Below are positions 12,435 to 26,784 of a DNA stretch of 64,000 bases, in pieces (position 1 is the stretch's first letter; each line of letters starts with the position of its first letter). The notes below the pieces were generated by a model. That model saw only the letters and a program-made list of their open reading frames with translations. It had not been told where the DNA came from and did no database searches. Origin of the DNA: Octopus vulgaris. Lineage: Eukaryota. The DNA is taken from the NCBI GenBank assembly GCA_951406725.2, contig OX597834.1, positions 4,588,001 to 4,652,000 on the forward strand. Direction: 5' to 3'. Made by a program: the position numbers and the translations under genes.

Positions 12435-13273
12435 TCGATCTGAAAGGATAAAAGGCAAAGTCAACCTCGGCGGAATTTGAACTCAGAACGTAAAGACAGA
12501 CGAAATACCTATTTTTTACGACCGACAAGGGGCCAAACACAGAGAGGACAAACAAGGACAGACAAACGGATTAAGTCGATTATATCGACCCCAGTGCGTA
12601 ACTGGTACTAATTTACTCGGATGAAAGGCAAAGTCGACCTCGGCGGAATTTGAACTCAGAATATTAAGACAGACGAAATACCTATTTCTTTACTACCCAC
12701 AAGGGGCCAAACACAGAGAGGACAAACAAGGACAGACAAACGGATTAAGTCGATTACATCGACCCCAGTGCGTAACTGGTACTTATTTAACCGACCCCCG
12801 AAAGGATGAAAGGCAAAGTCGACCTCGGCGGAATTTGAACTCAGAACGAAGCGGCACACGAAATACCTATTTCTTTATTACCCACAAGGGGCTAAACATA
12901 GAGGGGACAAACAAGGACAGACAAACGGATTAAGTCGATATGATATCGACCCCAGTGCGTAACTGGTACTAATTTACTCGGATGAAAGGCAAAGTCGACC
13001 TCGGCGGAATTTGAACTCAGAACGTAAAGACAGACGAAATACCTATTTTTTACGACCGACAAGGGGCTAAACACAGAGAGGACAAACAAGGACAGACAAA
13101 CGGATTAAGTCGATTATATCGACCCCAGGGCGTAACTGGTACTTATTTAATCGACCCCGAAAGGATGAAAAGCAAAGTCGACCTCGGCGGAATTTGAACT
13201 CAGAACGTAGCGGCAGACGAAATAGCGCTAAGCATTTCGTCTGGCGTGCTAACGTTTCTGCCAGCTCGCCGCC
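12435..13273 (-). mobile_element. SINE family A tandem array (one head plus ~4 head-less units)
   Basis: Repeated GGATGAAAGGCAAAGTCGACCTCGGCGGAATTTGAACTCAG; junction GAAATACCTATTT; single tRNA head at the right end. Confidence 0.9.
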
Positions 13274-14189
13274 TTATTCGCCTTATCTCTGAGTACAGTG
13301 ACAATGATTGGGAGGACAAGGAGGAGTGCGACGTCGGCGACGACATTAACGACGGCTGGCGACAATTACGATAGCAACAACGTTAACGAAGACGATGATG
13401 ATGACGACGATGATGATGATGTGGTGATATTCATGATCATGATCGTGACAATTATAACGATAATGATGGAGAAGATGTTTCATATAAATGATGACGTTCA
13501 TGCTAATTATTTCTGCTCATAAGTGTGACGATTTATACATTGATTATGAAGATGAAGGTGGTAAAAACGAAAAGAAAACTCAACCAAAAATAGAGATAAT
13601 ATTTAAATGATCTATAATATTTAAAACTCGGCTATGGGTGGGTGGGGGTGTTAAGATATATTTAATTTTACTGTTATGTTTTGTATTATTTATTTTACTT
13701 TATTTTTTATAACTTCTTAATTTTTATGTGAAATTAAAAAAAAAATTTGTTGATATCCTGTTGTTTTCTTCTTATACCATATACGTGTTTGATCGATAAT
13801 AATCAATAAAACAGAAAAAATATTGTAATATAAACGAACAACCACATGCTGACTAAATGCTAAATGAACAAAAAAAAAAAAATCTACAAAAACGTAACTG
13901 AATATCAATAAGAATAAACAATATCAGTAATTATGAAAAATACCAATCAATAGTTTTGATTAGATTCCAGGAGGCATTTTCAAAGTTAGCTAGCTTGAAG
14001 ATCAATTTTGACGGGTTCGTGTTGGCAGCGAATTCTTCGTTTGCCATTAGGACGTGTGAAAAGTGTAGCGTAAATCGGTGAAAGACAGAACGCATCGGGA
14101 GTGTAATGTATAATACATTAGTCTTTTGATACAATTTGCTTCAGAAGTGCCAACATGCAATCATAAAAACACGTAAATGTGTGTATGTA

Positions 14190-14248
<59 letters not shown>

Positions 14249-14485
14249 GTATGTATGTATGATATTTGAATATTCTTTAGTGTATAATTTATTTCCTTCA
14301 TTTTTACTTTTTCTTAGAAGTGAGGCTTCATCAATAATTCATATTAATATAAGAGTTGTTTGTGCTGTTTCTTTTAAAATATCTTTTATTCGTTTATTTT
14401 ATCAACTGTTTCTCATTTTCTTGTTATTATATCTATATTGATATTTTATGACACGTCCTGTTTTTGCACACTCGTTCGATCGTAT

Positions 14486-14675
14486 CTTCTTCTTCTTCTT
14501 CTTCTTCTTCTTCTTCTTCATCTTCTTCTTCTTCTTCATCTTCTTCTTCATCTTCTTCTTCTTCTTCTTCTTCTTCTTCTTCATCTTCTTCTTCTTCTTC
14601 TTCTTCTTCTTCTTCTTCTTCTTCTTCTTCTTCTTCTTCTTCTTCTACTTCATCTTCTTCTTCTTCTTCTTCTTC
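14486..14675. repeat. (CTT)n microsatellite
   Basis: Direct inspection; explains the poly-S/F/L/K ORFs. Confidence 0.95.
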
Positions 14676-15360
14676 GACATTGGTTCTGTAAAATACATGA
14701 TTTTTTTCCCTCCAAACATTTCATTCAAATTAGGACGTGTTTTGTTTAAAACTTTTGTCACGTGTAAAGAAGACGTGGCCCACTTCGTTTTGGTAAGTTT
14801 TCTCGTTTTTCCCCTTCCTCGGCAAAAGGGAATCGTCTGATTTTAAAATTATGTTTTACAAAATCTGGTTTTTATTTGAGAAGAAATCACAGAAAAAGTT
14901 TTCTAGATGCTTGTGAGAAAGTAACAGTACTCGGAAATGTAACAGGGAAGGATAGAAATTTTGTGTAAATGAAAAAAGCGACGGCGCGACGGGGAGTGAT
15001 GCATACATTAAGCGACTGTCTAAGTTGGAACACTACGGTGGTAGCTTTTACGGCAGACGACAACAAGGAGACAAGGATATCAGTTTTGTCTGCTTCTGAT
15101 TTTGAAGGAAAAAAGATCATCGTTATAACAAACACTAAAATAAACAAGTAAAATGATAACTGTAGCAGCAATGACAGAAACAACGAGACTGGAATATTGC
15201 TGCAATAACCAGAAGTGGATTAAAGGAAGGATATGCAGGAAAAATATGAAAGAGATGTTATTCTTTTAGGATCCACGAAACTTCCAATTGCTGAGATGTA
15301 TGCAAGTATGTATGCATGTATAAATGTATGTATGTATATATGCTCGTATATATGTATATA

Positions 15361-15404
<44 letters not shown>

Positions 15405-15669
15405 TACACAGGTGTAAACAAGAGCGACAGAGAAAGGCAGAAACAAGGAAAATGCCACTATACAAATATTCTTTAAAAAAAACACTTTTCTTTTAATTTT
15501 TCTAAATTGAATTATTTAATCGTTACAGTTGAAAAGGACTCAAATGACTGAAACCGGTACTGAAATGTTCTTTATAAAATTATTTTAGCATTTTCTATCT
15601 TGACTTGTTTTTTCATATATATCAACTCGTGTGTTCCTTTTCATCCTTATACATACACATATATATATG

Positions 15670-15761
<92 letters not shown>

Positions 15762-16219
15762 CATACATACACACACACTCACACATACACACACATACAC
15801 ACACACACACATATATATATAAAGAGAGAACGAGATGGTATTCTGAGTATGTACAAAAACAAATACTAGTATAATCAGAAGTAACGTACTCGAATTGAAC
15901 AACTAGCTCCTCCAACACGTCACCTCAAGTCGCTGTAGTCCAATGAGTGTTGACGGCGTCGGACAAAGAGGGAATAAATAGGTGCACGTCTATGTGGGGT
16001 ACTTCAATTTCAACATATGAGCGTACAGTTATTTCGTCAAATGTAAGAATTACTTCTAGAAATAAACTGCGCAAATGCATCTGGCGTTCTGGCTAGATCT
16101 GCTGGTACGATTACCCTCTGTCTTTGATATACTGTATATTGTGTTATATATATTAGAAGAGAACAGGTTCAAATTTCAAGAGGACAAATTTCACGCACTC
16201 ATCTAAAGGATAATCTATA

Positions 16220-16385
16220 TATGTTCAATATCTTGTTTAAATCCACTTGCAGCTGAAGCTTGATTTTAATAGTTTGCGTGATAATTGAATAGTTCTTCAT
16301 TATAGGAGATATCTGAGATTCTAATAGATCTATTTATAATACTCTTAAGTAATGATTTATGATGGTTATATTCAGAAACTTAATA
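16220..16385 (-). pseudogene. Decayed Penelope-like RT C-terminal (thumb) fragment
   Basis: Reads NHHKSLLKSIINRSIRISDISYNEELFNYHANY*NQASAASGF, resembling the PLE pattern SNHP..I.K....I..RIS..S.NEEIF......Y..AL..SG. Confidence 0.6.
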
Positions 16386-16916
16386 CGTTTCCCGATAGTA
16401 CAGAAGTTAGAAATCATTGTCTCACATTTAAAATTGTCTTTGTAAAATATTCTAGTTTCATACTTTATAAATCATAATAAGTTTCTAATGTTTACATACA
16501 TTTAACCTCTTCATATAAATTAACACTTAGATTCATAGAAAATAACTGGTGAATATATTTTATGCAATATTATAAACAGTTTCCGTATGAAGCAATAATA
16601 AGCTCCGAGTTAAGTTTATACCCGAGAACAACTCTTCGTACACGTTTTGAGAAGGGATCTATAGTTCTCTTGAAAGTTTATAAATTCTTGTGACGTCATC
16701 GATATAGAATTCTCGCTGGTAAGAATAACGTTTCTAAAATGGATAAAGACATTCGGACGATTGATTCCTTACAATAGTAAAGCGCCTGTCATGTCTACAA
16801 GAAATGTAGGTTCGAGCCTAACAGGCATTCTTCGACTTTTTCGATCTCAAAAGGCTTTTCAAAGGCTTTATATGTACTTCGAGAACAAATTCTTTAAAAG
16901 AACATACATACATACA

Positions 16917-17575
<659 letters not shown>

Positions 17576-17806
17576 CGATAGTCATTCAAACAAATGCATA
17601 AATGTAGCCTAGACATTACAATCTTTATACGGACGAAATAGTATTAACGGAATCGATTTTATTCCGTGTAGATTTTCTAGAGAACATACGATAATTGAGG
17701 TAAAAGCAATTGCGTTGATTTAGAATAAGATTAATATTTTGATAGCATGACTGTCCAGAAATACATAATGTATGCGTCAGTGTTTTCATATACGTGTGTG
17801 TATGTG

Positions 17807-17850
<44 letters not shown>

Positions 17851-18085
17851 CATACACACATATACATTGCCATGTGCGTATCATAACACCGTTGGTAGTC
17901 ATGTTCCCGTGAATTTTGTCTAAGAGAAAATCTCTTGAGCGACATGAGTTATAGTTTAGTCCAGAGTTTCTCAACCGTTTTCTTTTTCTTTTTTTTTTCT
18001 TTTACCTGTGGACCAGTTTCTTCGCTATTTTATTCTGGTGTACTCCACAGCCATTCGACGTTTAAAGATAAGTTTTATAGATATA

Positions 18086-18517
18086 CTCTTTTACTCTTTT
18101 ACTCTTTTACTTGTTTCAGTCATTTGACTGCGGCCATGCTGGAGCACCGTCTTTTAGTCGAGCAAATCGACCCCGGGACTTATTCTTTGTAAGCCCAGTA
18201 CGTATTCTATCGGTCTCTTTTTGCCGAACCGCTAAGTGACGGGGACGTAAACACACCAGCATCGGTTGTCAAGCAACGCTAGGGGGACAAACACAGACAC
18301 ACAAACACAGACAAACAAACACACACATATATATATATATATACATATATACGACAGGCTTCTTTCAGTTTCCGTCTACCAAATCCACTCACAAGGCATT
18401 GGTCGGCCCGGGGCTATAGATAGCAGAAGACACTTGCCCAAGATGCCACGCAGTGGGACTGAACCCGGAACCATGTGGTTGGTTAGCAAGCTACTTACCA
18501 CACAGCCACTCCTGCGC
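18086..18517 (-). mobile_element. SINE family B, full length
   Basis: Reverse complement of family B with (TTTTACTC)n tail. Confidence 0.92.
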
Positions 18518-19426
18518 CTACAAAAATCCTTACTTTGTTTTTCATAAGTTTACATGTGTCGGTTTGCAATAGCTTTTATCGAGAGAACATATTCCAGTGG
18601 TTGGACACTTGTTAAACCATGTAAAACGTTGGAGAAAGAGACGTAGCAATTTCTTGCAACAAATACGTCTAAAGCAAATTTTTTTTAAAGAATTTACTAT
18701 TTTGTTTGAGTTGACCCCCCCTCCACTCCAATCTTATACAGATTGCCAGGGTTTAAATATACAGTATACATTAGAGCGAGGCGAACTTCATCGCAGAAGT
18801 AACTCACGAGAAAGATAATCAGGTTTACTCCTTTTTCAAAGAGTGTCAATTTCGTTTGACGAAATTCATAGACAACACATCGTTGACAAACTCAAAATAG
18901 GGCGAAACGCTTCTGTCGTTTTCTTATTGGTACGACGGTGTTTGCCTTGTTCCATTATGTATTGGGTTTTAGTGCAACATATCTATGAAGAAATTTTCAT
19001 TCAGACGAAAACAAAGCATCATGCCATTCAAGGTGTATATACGTTTAGTATGGTGCAGTGATGTCATACACACATGCATACATGCATACATAATAAATAC
19101 ATACATATATACATGCATGCATACATACATACGTACATACGTACATATATATATATGTTATGTATGTATATACGAATATTTATATATATATATATATATA
19201 TAACCATTAACGGTAGGAACTTCTATAAAAGTTCAATATATATTTTGTATATAAATAAAAGAGGCAGGCAACAGGTTGCTTAGCCACATACTGAAAAAAT
19301 TAGAAATAGCAGTCAAAGACTGTTTATTTCTATTTTCTACAAATGAAACTCCACATACGACATATCCCTGTAATTCACATATGCAAAACAGAAGGAAGAA
19401 ATAACGAAAACAAAGTCTAACGGTTA

Positions 19427-19485
19427 TTTACGAACGCGTTTCTAGATTAGGAATATATAAATTCCGTGTCTTTCATCAGCGTAAA
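19427..19485 (-). ncRNA. Minimal type I hammerhead in a (TA)n-anchored element (from ~19203)
   Basis: Minus strand: TTTACG CTGATGA AAGA cac GGAAT ttatat ATTCC taa TCTA GAAA CGCG TT CGTAAA; 6-bp stem I, palindromic stem III, GUU site. Confidence 0.75.
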
Positions 19486-20126
19486 CCTCCACTAAAATAG
19501 ATTTATCAAATGCTACGTACCTCCACTTCTCGATCAGGCGATACTTGTTAGCTGAGAATTAAGGGGGCTGGCCACTAGCAGACCATTCATAATGAAACGG
19601 AAAATCTTATCATGTAGTACTATAGTTAAATATTTTTTAGCAATACTGCTATATTGTATAAAGTTAAAGTTTAGGTTTATTCAGAAAATTAAGAAGAATA
19701 ATTATGCCATAAGGATAAAATGTTTTATGAATACTTTTGAGTATACACCAAACTTTTACCACAATAGAGAGGGAAAATAAGAAATTATCCAGAAATAGTT
19801 TAATATTTATACATATTAAAAGCCTAAATACTAACTTATTAGATGGTATCAGTATATAATTAAGTATATATAACTGAAGTTAATAAGGTATATACACTTT
19901 GTAATGGTTTTAGTGATTAGGCTATCTTTATTCCTTTTCTATGGTGCACTACTCTATGTCATCTTCACCAAGGAACTCACATCTCTCTCATCTTCACCAT
20001 ACAGTTTCAAATCCATGAAGCGAAGGTACTTGGTTATTTGGGATTTTTCCCTTTTTGGTACCTCAAGTTCATTTCCCTAAGTACCAAGTTCAGGTGCATC
20101 ATGCAAAGAACCAAAAGCAACGGAAA

Positions 20127-20200
20127 TTATTATTATTATTATTATTATTATTATTGTTATTTTAACAAACAATTTGTTTCCCAAATGATCATTATTCGGG

Positions 20201-20239
<39 letters not shown>

Positions 20240-20287
20240 GTTATTTTAACAAACAATTTGTTTCCCAAATGATCATTATTCGGGTTT
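20127..20287. repeat. ~80-bp tandem duplication containing (TTA)n
   Basis: GTTATTTTAACAAACAATTTGTTTCCCAAATGATCATTATTCGGGTTT occurs twice. Confidence 0.9.
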
Positions 20288-20711
20288 ATTTTAATTTACG
20301 ACAGCATTCTTTAACTAAGATGCAAAATATTTAGAGATAAAACTTTACATGAAGGAAATATTGCAATCAATCATATATGAAAAATAACATACAAAACTGC
20401 ATTATTTTTGTTGGAAATATTAAAGAAATACTAAATATTTAATGCTTAGTATGTGCTTTTTTTTATTCTTGAGTATGTTTGAGAAGTATTTATTTTTATA
20501 TGAATATTTTATAGGACGCACCACTGCCTTATAAAAGGAAAGAAATCGTTATTTTTCGTTATGTTTTATTTCATTTGTTTTTTGCTAATTTCTTTAAAAA
20601 TAATATTTTCAACTACACACACCCCCATGTACATATATTGATATACAAACTGATATATTAGCATAGAAGCATAATCACCAACTCACATGCAGATACTACA
20701 TACCTACACAA

Positions 20712-20764
<53 letters not shown>

Positions 20765-20765
<1 letters not shown>

Positions 20766-21018
20766 GTAAATGTAATATGTGACAATTATTCGGTAGCCAA
20801 GATAAAACTCTGAGTTTCGGATGCCGATTTTTTGCATAGCGTTTTTTCTGATGGCCGGATAACTGAAGAGATGGTGGCGTGGATTTCCACCTCGGCAGTA
20901 ATTTGAAGTGATAAGATTTCGCTACCGAATAATTGTCACATATTACATTTACAGATAAATTCCTCTATTTACATAATATCGAGGTCTCTTTCTTTCTTGT
21001 GTTATCTTACCGTTTTTA

Positions 21019-21022
<4 letters not shown>
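20765..21022 (+). mobile_element. Fold-back element with 33-bp inverted repeats and a hammerhead split by inversion
   Basis: 20765-20797 is the reverse complement of 20921-20953. GATAA CTGAAGA GATG is on plus; CATCC GAAA CTCAGAG TT TTATC is on minus (20798-20826). Related piece at 21374-21452. Confidence 0.65.
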
Positions 21023-21068
<46 letters not shown>

Positions 21069-21569
21069 TACACACACGCATATGCCATGAAATATTTGAT
21101 AAAGTATATTTTCCAAGCACAGCATACAGAAATAATACTACAAGATGTTATTATTTAAATGCTTTCACATCAAGAAATTAGAGTACATAGATATGTTTTA
21201 TTACCTACTAGTTTCAGTCATTAGTCCGCGGCCATTTTGGGGCACCACATCGAAGGGTCTAGTCGAAGAAATCGACCGCAATATCTTTTAAGTTTGGTAC
21301 TTATTCTATCCGCTGTTTTTGCGGAACCGCTAAGTTACGGGTCATAAACAAACGAATACTGATTCTCAAGCGGTGCCGATTTTTTGCATAGCGTTTTTTC
21401 TGATGGCCGGATAACTGAAGTGGATTTTCACCTCGGCATCCCCAAAACTCAGCAAGTTTAGGGAGGGGATGAGTCGATTACATCAAACCCAAGTGTTCAA
21501 CTGGTATTTATTTTATCGACTTCGAAAGGATGAAAGACAAAATTGACCTCGGCGATAATAATAGTAGTA

Positions 21570-21636
<67 letters not shown>

Positions 21637-21659
21637 TAATAGTAGAAGTAGTAGTAGTA

Positions 21660-21754
<95 letters not shown>

Positions 21755-21755
<1 letters not shown>

Positions 21756-22327
21756 CCCTGATGCAGTACAGTTGCCCTGATGCAGTACCAGGCAGTGGCT
21801 CTAATGGCTTCTGATCTTAACTGATTGGAAGTGTTATCATGTACATTGTTTTGTCTTGGTATAAAAGATGGGCTACAGCAAATATTCTGCTCAATACCAT
21901 AGATTTGCTTGTCAGTTGTTTGACCTTAACCAGTTGAGCATGTCCCTTAGTGGCTGACGATATGTGCATCTCTGATCACGAGCAGAAGTAGTGGGGGAGC
22001 ATCATAGCCATGTGTTGAGAGGGATTCTTTGGGGTTTGAATAATTCACCTCTGGAAACATGGGTGGTTCTTTCAACATCCTTAAACAACCCTTATTCAGG
22101 GACCTTTTGAGCGGGATGGGCTACTCAACCTGAAGAAAATTCTAACTGGGCCCCACCTGCAAGGTCATGTGCTGTTTATCTTGATATGAGATCACCATGT
22201 CGCGCACATATGGTTGTGATGCATGTGCCTGGTGTACCCTTATCAGACGGGTAGTCATGATGGGTATATTGGGCTTCGTATATTTTACCCCAGTGTCACT
22301 TTGATGGCATGAACTGCTCTCTCACTC

Positions 22328-22328
<1 letters not shown>
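21755..22328 (-). mobile_element. Non-autonomous retroelement inserted in (AAT)n
   Basis: Flanked by (AAT)n on both sides; partial second copy at ~40397-40570; 15-bp terminal duplication GCCCTGATGCAGTAC. Strand is inferred. Confidence 0.7.
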
Positions 22329-22368
<40 letters not shown>

Positions 22369-22963
22369 ACACACATCAATAGGGAAGGAATCAGTTTCAA
22401 TGCCAAAAAGCAATTTACATGCCCAACTTGACGTCGATGTCTTGATGCTGATGTTTTACTTGAACGCCAAATTAATTAATATGGAAATTGCTGTGGGATT
22501 TCTTGTAATATCTCAATAAAAGCCACAATTACTTATACATAGGCATATTAATGTTCAGGCATACAAGATATCATGAAAGCATCCAATCGAAAAAGCAATG
22601 ATAATCAAACAGTGATCGTTGCTTTTATTTGCGCCATGACAGTTGCATATAGTAAAATAGGGATTAGCAGTACAAACTAATATAGTTTTCATTCAACTCA
22701 CAACAACGCAAATATATTTCTCAAATATGAACCGACAAAGTCCTTATCTAATTCATCACACAATTGCGCAACGAAGATACGAAACAGGACTACTCTGTCT
22801 ATGTATATCTTGATCCGAGGATTACCATACCACATTTGTTTCATGAAGCATTACAAACTTCTTGCAGTGACAGAAATTATATTAATCGATAAATAAAATT
22901 TTGTCTTCAGTTGTTTGAGTTCAGTATGGAGACATCTACGAACATGTGTTTATATATATATAT

Positions 22964-23573
22964 AACAACAAATTGAGGAACGGCCATAATAGGCCGTTCG
23001 ACCCACTAGAAAAAGCAGCCAGGGCTTCAACCGCAAATAGTAATAATTCCGTAAACAGAGGAAAATTAAAAAACATTTACCCTTACCCTAATATTGATTA
23101 ATTGATAATTTTCTGATTAATTCCGAGATGGAATCGGCAGCTTATATTTGCTGCCGATAAATTGGCGCGTACGATGATTTTGAAAATTTTAGGTCAGATA
23201 TTGCCGAGGCATTAAGGTAGCTGCCTCGTGTAATTTCTCTCCCTCCTGGCTCCTTTACTGATGAATTGCGTTGGCCTTTGGAAGATTGACTTGATTTAAT
23301 TTAATCAGGCTTGTTTACCATTAAAAAACGCAGAAACAATGCATTGTCTAAAGATGAACAGGGTAAATGTTTTTTAATTTTCCTCTGTTTACGGAATTAC
23401 TACTATTTGCGGTTGAAGCCCTGGCTGCTTTTTCTAGTGGGTCGAACGGCCTATTATGGCCGTTCCTCAATTTGTTGTTGAATTTATTAATAGTCTCCGA
23501 CTATTTCCTTTTTCTCACTAGACCGCTGGTGGCAAAATAATTTCTACTGAATTTTTTGCTATCCTAATATTGA

Positions 23574-23578
<5 letters not shown>
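22964..23578 (+). mobile_element. 476-bp hammerhead monomer with ~120-bp inverted 5' duplication in (TA)n
   Basis: 22964-23082 is the reverse complement of ~23361-23479; CCTAATATTGATTAAT repeated at 23087 and 23563; (TA)n on both sides. Confidence 0.85.
23253..23353 (+). ncRNA. Type I hammerhead with extended stem II
   Basis: CTTTA CTGATGA atTGCGTT..(~55 nt)..AACGCA GAAA CAATGCATTG TC TAAAG; GUC site ending at 23348. Confidence 0.8.
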
Positions 23579-23617
<39 letters not shown>

Positions 23618-23693
23618 GAAGAATATGGCACTTATGTTAAAGGCACCGGAATTTGGTATGGTATTATCCGTATATATCAAATGGGGTGATTAT

Positions 23694-23853
23694 AATCAAA
23701 ATAAGCAACAAGGATACCCAAGGTAGTGTAGTACAATCGTTTCATGCTACTTCATTTAATCAAATATATTTAATTAATACTTACATTGTTCAATTAAATG
23801 AAGTAGCACGAAACGATTGTACTACACTACCTTGAATATCCTTGTTGTTTATT

Positions 23854-23859
<6 letters not shown>
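23694..23859. repeat. Fold-back hairpin (~66-bp arms) between (TA)n tracts, with a hammerhead 3' half
   Basis: 23694-23760 is the reverse complement of ~23793-23859; right arm contains GAAA CGATTG TA CTACAC. Confidence 0.75.
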
Positions 23860-23915
<56 letters not shown>

Positions 23916-24875
23916 TGATTGTCTACTCCTTATGGAGAGTTTGACCACTTCCTGTACCTACACGTTAGAAACATGATGGCATCTGCTGTGACTTTTTAAA
24001 CCAGAGAATATTTTGAAAAGATACCCACATAGATTGCTTATCCGTGTTGGACAACCAGGAGCTGCAGTCAAGTATTGATCTTTGTGTATTTTAAAATGAA
24101 GTTGAGCGTATATATACATTGCCAAACTAGTACATCAGGTAGCAAGCAAACATATTTACCATATATATACATGACAGCACCAATGCAAATGTTTTAGCAT
24201 TTACTTATAATTTATTCTATTTTATTGTAAAACTTTCTCCTCTGCTTCCCTCACTGCTGTCTCTTTACCGATCAGTAAAAGCATTATACGGTGAGTGATA
24301 TTGATTGATTGATTGATTCTAGTTTCAGATCATGAGCTGTGACCATGCTGGGGCACCGCCATTTGCAGACATTTGTAGTGAAGCAACAAGACGTTGTGTT
24401 TTGTGGAACCTATGGTGATACAAAATACTTCATAAACATGGTATCGGTGCATTTTAATAACTAAGCCAACTGCTTCACTTAGAAAACAAACGAAGGAGAT
24501 GTTTATTTACATATAAAAACAAATTATGCATTGGAAGAAACAAGATTGAGACACATATATGCAAAATCAATATCAATTGTCTGTGTTATTTATTTTAATA
24601 AGTATAAAGATTTCATACGTAATATCACCAATGATATTTTGTTATTTTAAAGTTATTTACATCTTATTAAACTTTTCTTACTTTCAAAATTATTAAGATA
24701 AAACAATTATAATGATATGGATGTAAAACGATTAGATATATCACATCATTGTTTATTCTAGAAAACAGACAAACAAATAAAAAAAATAATTTAGATAAAT
24801 GCATCGAAATGACATTCATACTTTGGAAGCCATATATAAATTTTATGTTAAATTTCAATACATTGAAAATTAAAT

Positions 24876-25263
24876 TTTTAAAAATATGTCTAAAGAATAC
24901 TTTCAACCAAAGCAATATATTATAGCCTACCAAATAAACAATCAACAACACTCGCATTGCTGTTACTACTATTCACCAATGTTTATAATCCAATCACATG
25001 ATGACTCTTCTTGTGAGTTCTTAGGCTTACCAAAAGGAATAGGAATATAAGTACGTGATCTAGAGAAATCACAAGGTGTCCGATGCAGGTTTGCGAGGAG
25101 ATTGTGGGTTTCGTTGGTTTCTTTTTCTGATTTCCCGTGACTGACCTTTGTGAAGGACCTTTTCAGTTTCAAACTCTGAAGTTGGAAAAAGTACTTCCCT
25201 TCAGTCTGCACGGATTCTCATAAAACTTGCTAAGTTTTCTTTCCTGATACTCCGACGTTTCAA

Positions 25264-25359
<96 letters not shown>

Positions 25360-25377
25360 CTATCCCTATTCTATCTG

Positions 25378-25446
<69 letters not shown>

Positions 25447-25616
25447 TTCTATCTATCTATCTATGTCTGTCTATCTAAATTATATCTTATAGGTGCCCTT
25501 TTACGATCCCTTTTGATCGAAAACCTACGCCACCATTTTTTTTCTCCCCCAAAAGAAAAGCACTACCTTGTAACTTGACCCATCTGTGTGCAGCCCTGTG
25601 TGGCCAATAAAGAAAC

Positions 25617-25681
<65 letters not shown>

Positions 25682-25886
25682 AGTCTGCGGAGAAATGGCT
25701 AAAATTTGGCCCTGTTTATAATTGTATCTTATATCACATATTCATTACATCATACCTTGATACTGTGAATGGATTATAAACATTGGTGAATAGTAGTAAT
25801 AGCAATGCGAGTGTTGTTGATTGTTTATTTGGTAGGCTATAATATATTGCTTTGGTTGAAAGTATTCTTTAGATATATTTAAAAAA
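24876..25886. repeat. ~117-bp inverted repeat pair enclosing ~780 bp
   Basis: 24876-24992 vs 25770-25886, only a few mismatches by eye. Confidence 0.85.
25497..25618 (+). mobile_element. Tx1-like LINE extreme 3' end within (TATC)n
   Basis: Matches 28387-28505 (..GTGCAGCCCTGTGTGGC.AATAAAGAAAC); (TATC)n on both sides. Confidence 0.8.
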
Positions 25887-26784
25887 AATTAATTTGAATA
25901 AAATTGATAAAGATTCTGTTATCAAGTTCTTATCATCTAATACCATTAATACTATCTTGTCAATAAGCAATCAACTGTTCCATAGATCTTGGCGCATGGG
26001 AGAAATTTTGGTGATTGGGTTTTAGTCGATTATATATATCTAATACATGGCTGGCATCTTATTTCATCGACAGCGAAATTGTGAAGCTTTGCCTCAGCAA
26101 GATTTGGACACTGTAAGTAAATTGCCACAAGAAATAACGAATGCATTTCTTTTTATCAAAAATGAATGTTTTATATTGTTTTATATTGTTTTATTTGCAG
26201 TTCTTTCCTCGTAAAGTCAGAAAATATTCGAAAAATATTCAAAAAATATTTATAAAGATATGGTTTTGAGGGAAGTGTTCCCTAAATGTTCAACCTTTTC
26301 AATTTATTATTTAAAGCAGATAACATTTGCTCGAAGCATTCCAGTATTTCTAGCAAAGTTTGTTTATTGTTTATATTGCATCTAATTATCTTCCCGGATG
26401 TATTCTCGTTAATTTTCATACAGAGAAGCTATGTAACTCCCTCTGGGATAAATCCGTTGCATAATGTATCTAGTGGGTTATTAATTTACTCTTCAAGTAT
26501 TCTGTGTTGATACAGTTTGGTTATTTTGTTGTTGTTTTCCTTCAGTTTATCAGCATTTAATGATGTAATGCTATTTTGGTCATTTAGCCCGTGTGGTCTG
26601 TTATTATAGAAGAGCAAGAGATTTGCTTAATTCGCTAACAGAATTTCCTTTCTAAAATATTATAAAAAATATTTCTAATCTATATTATATTTGCAATATA
26701 ACTCACAAGCAGCCTGATTATTCTATGTTGTTGAGTAAGAGAATATCTTGTAAGTATGGCTACTAGTTATGGGAATTACTATAC

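Noticed and set aside
24969-25211. 80-aa minus-strand ORF
   Set aside because: No ATG start or domain; runs into the inverted-repeat arm.
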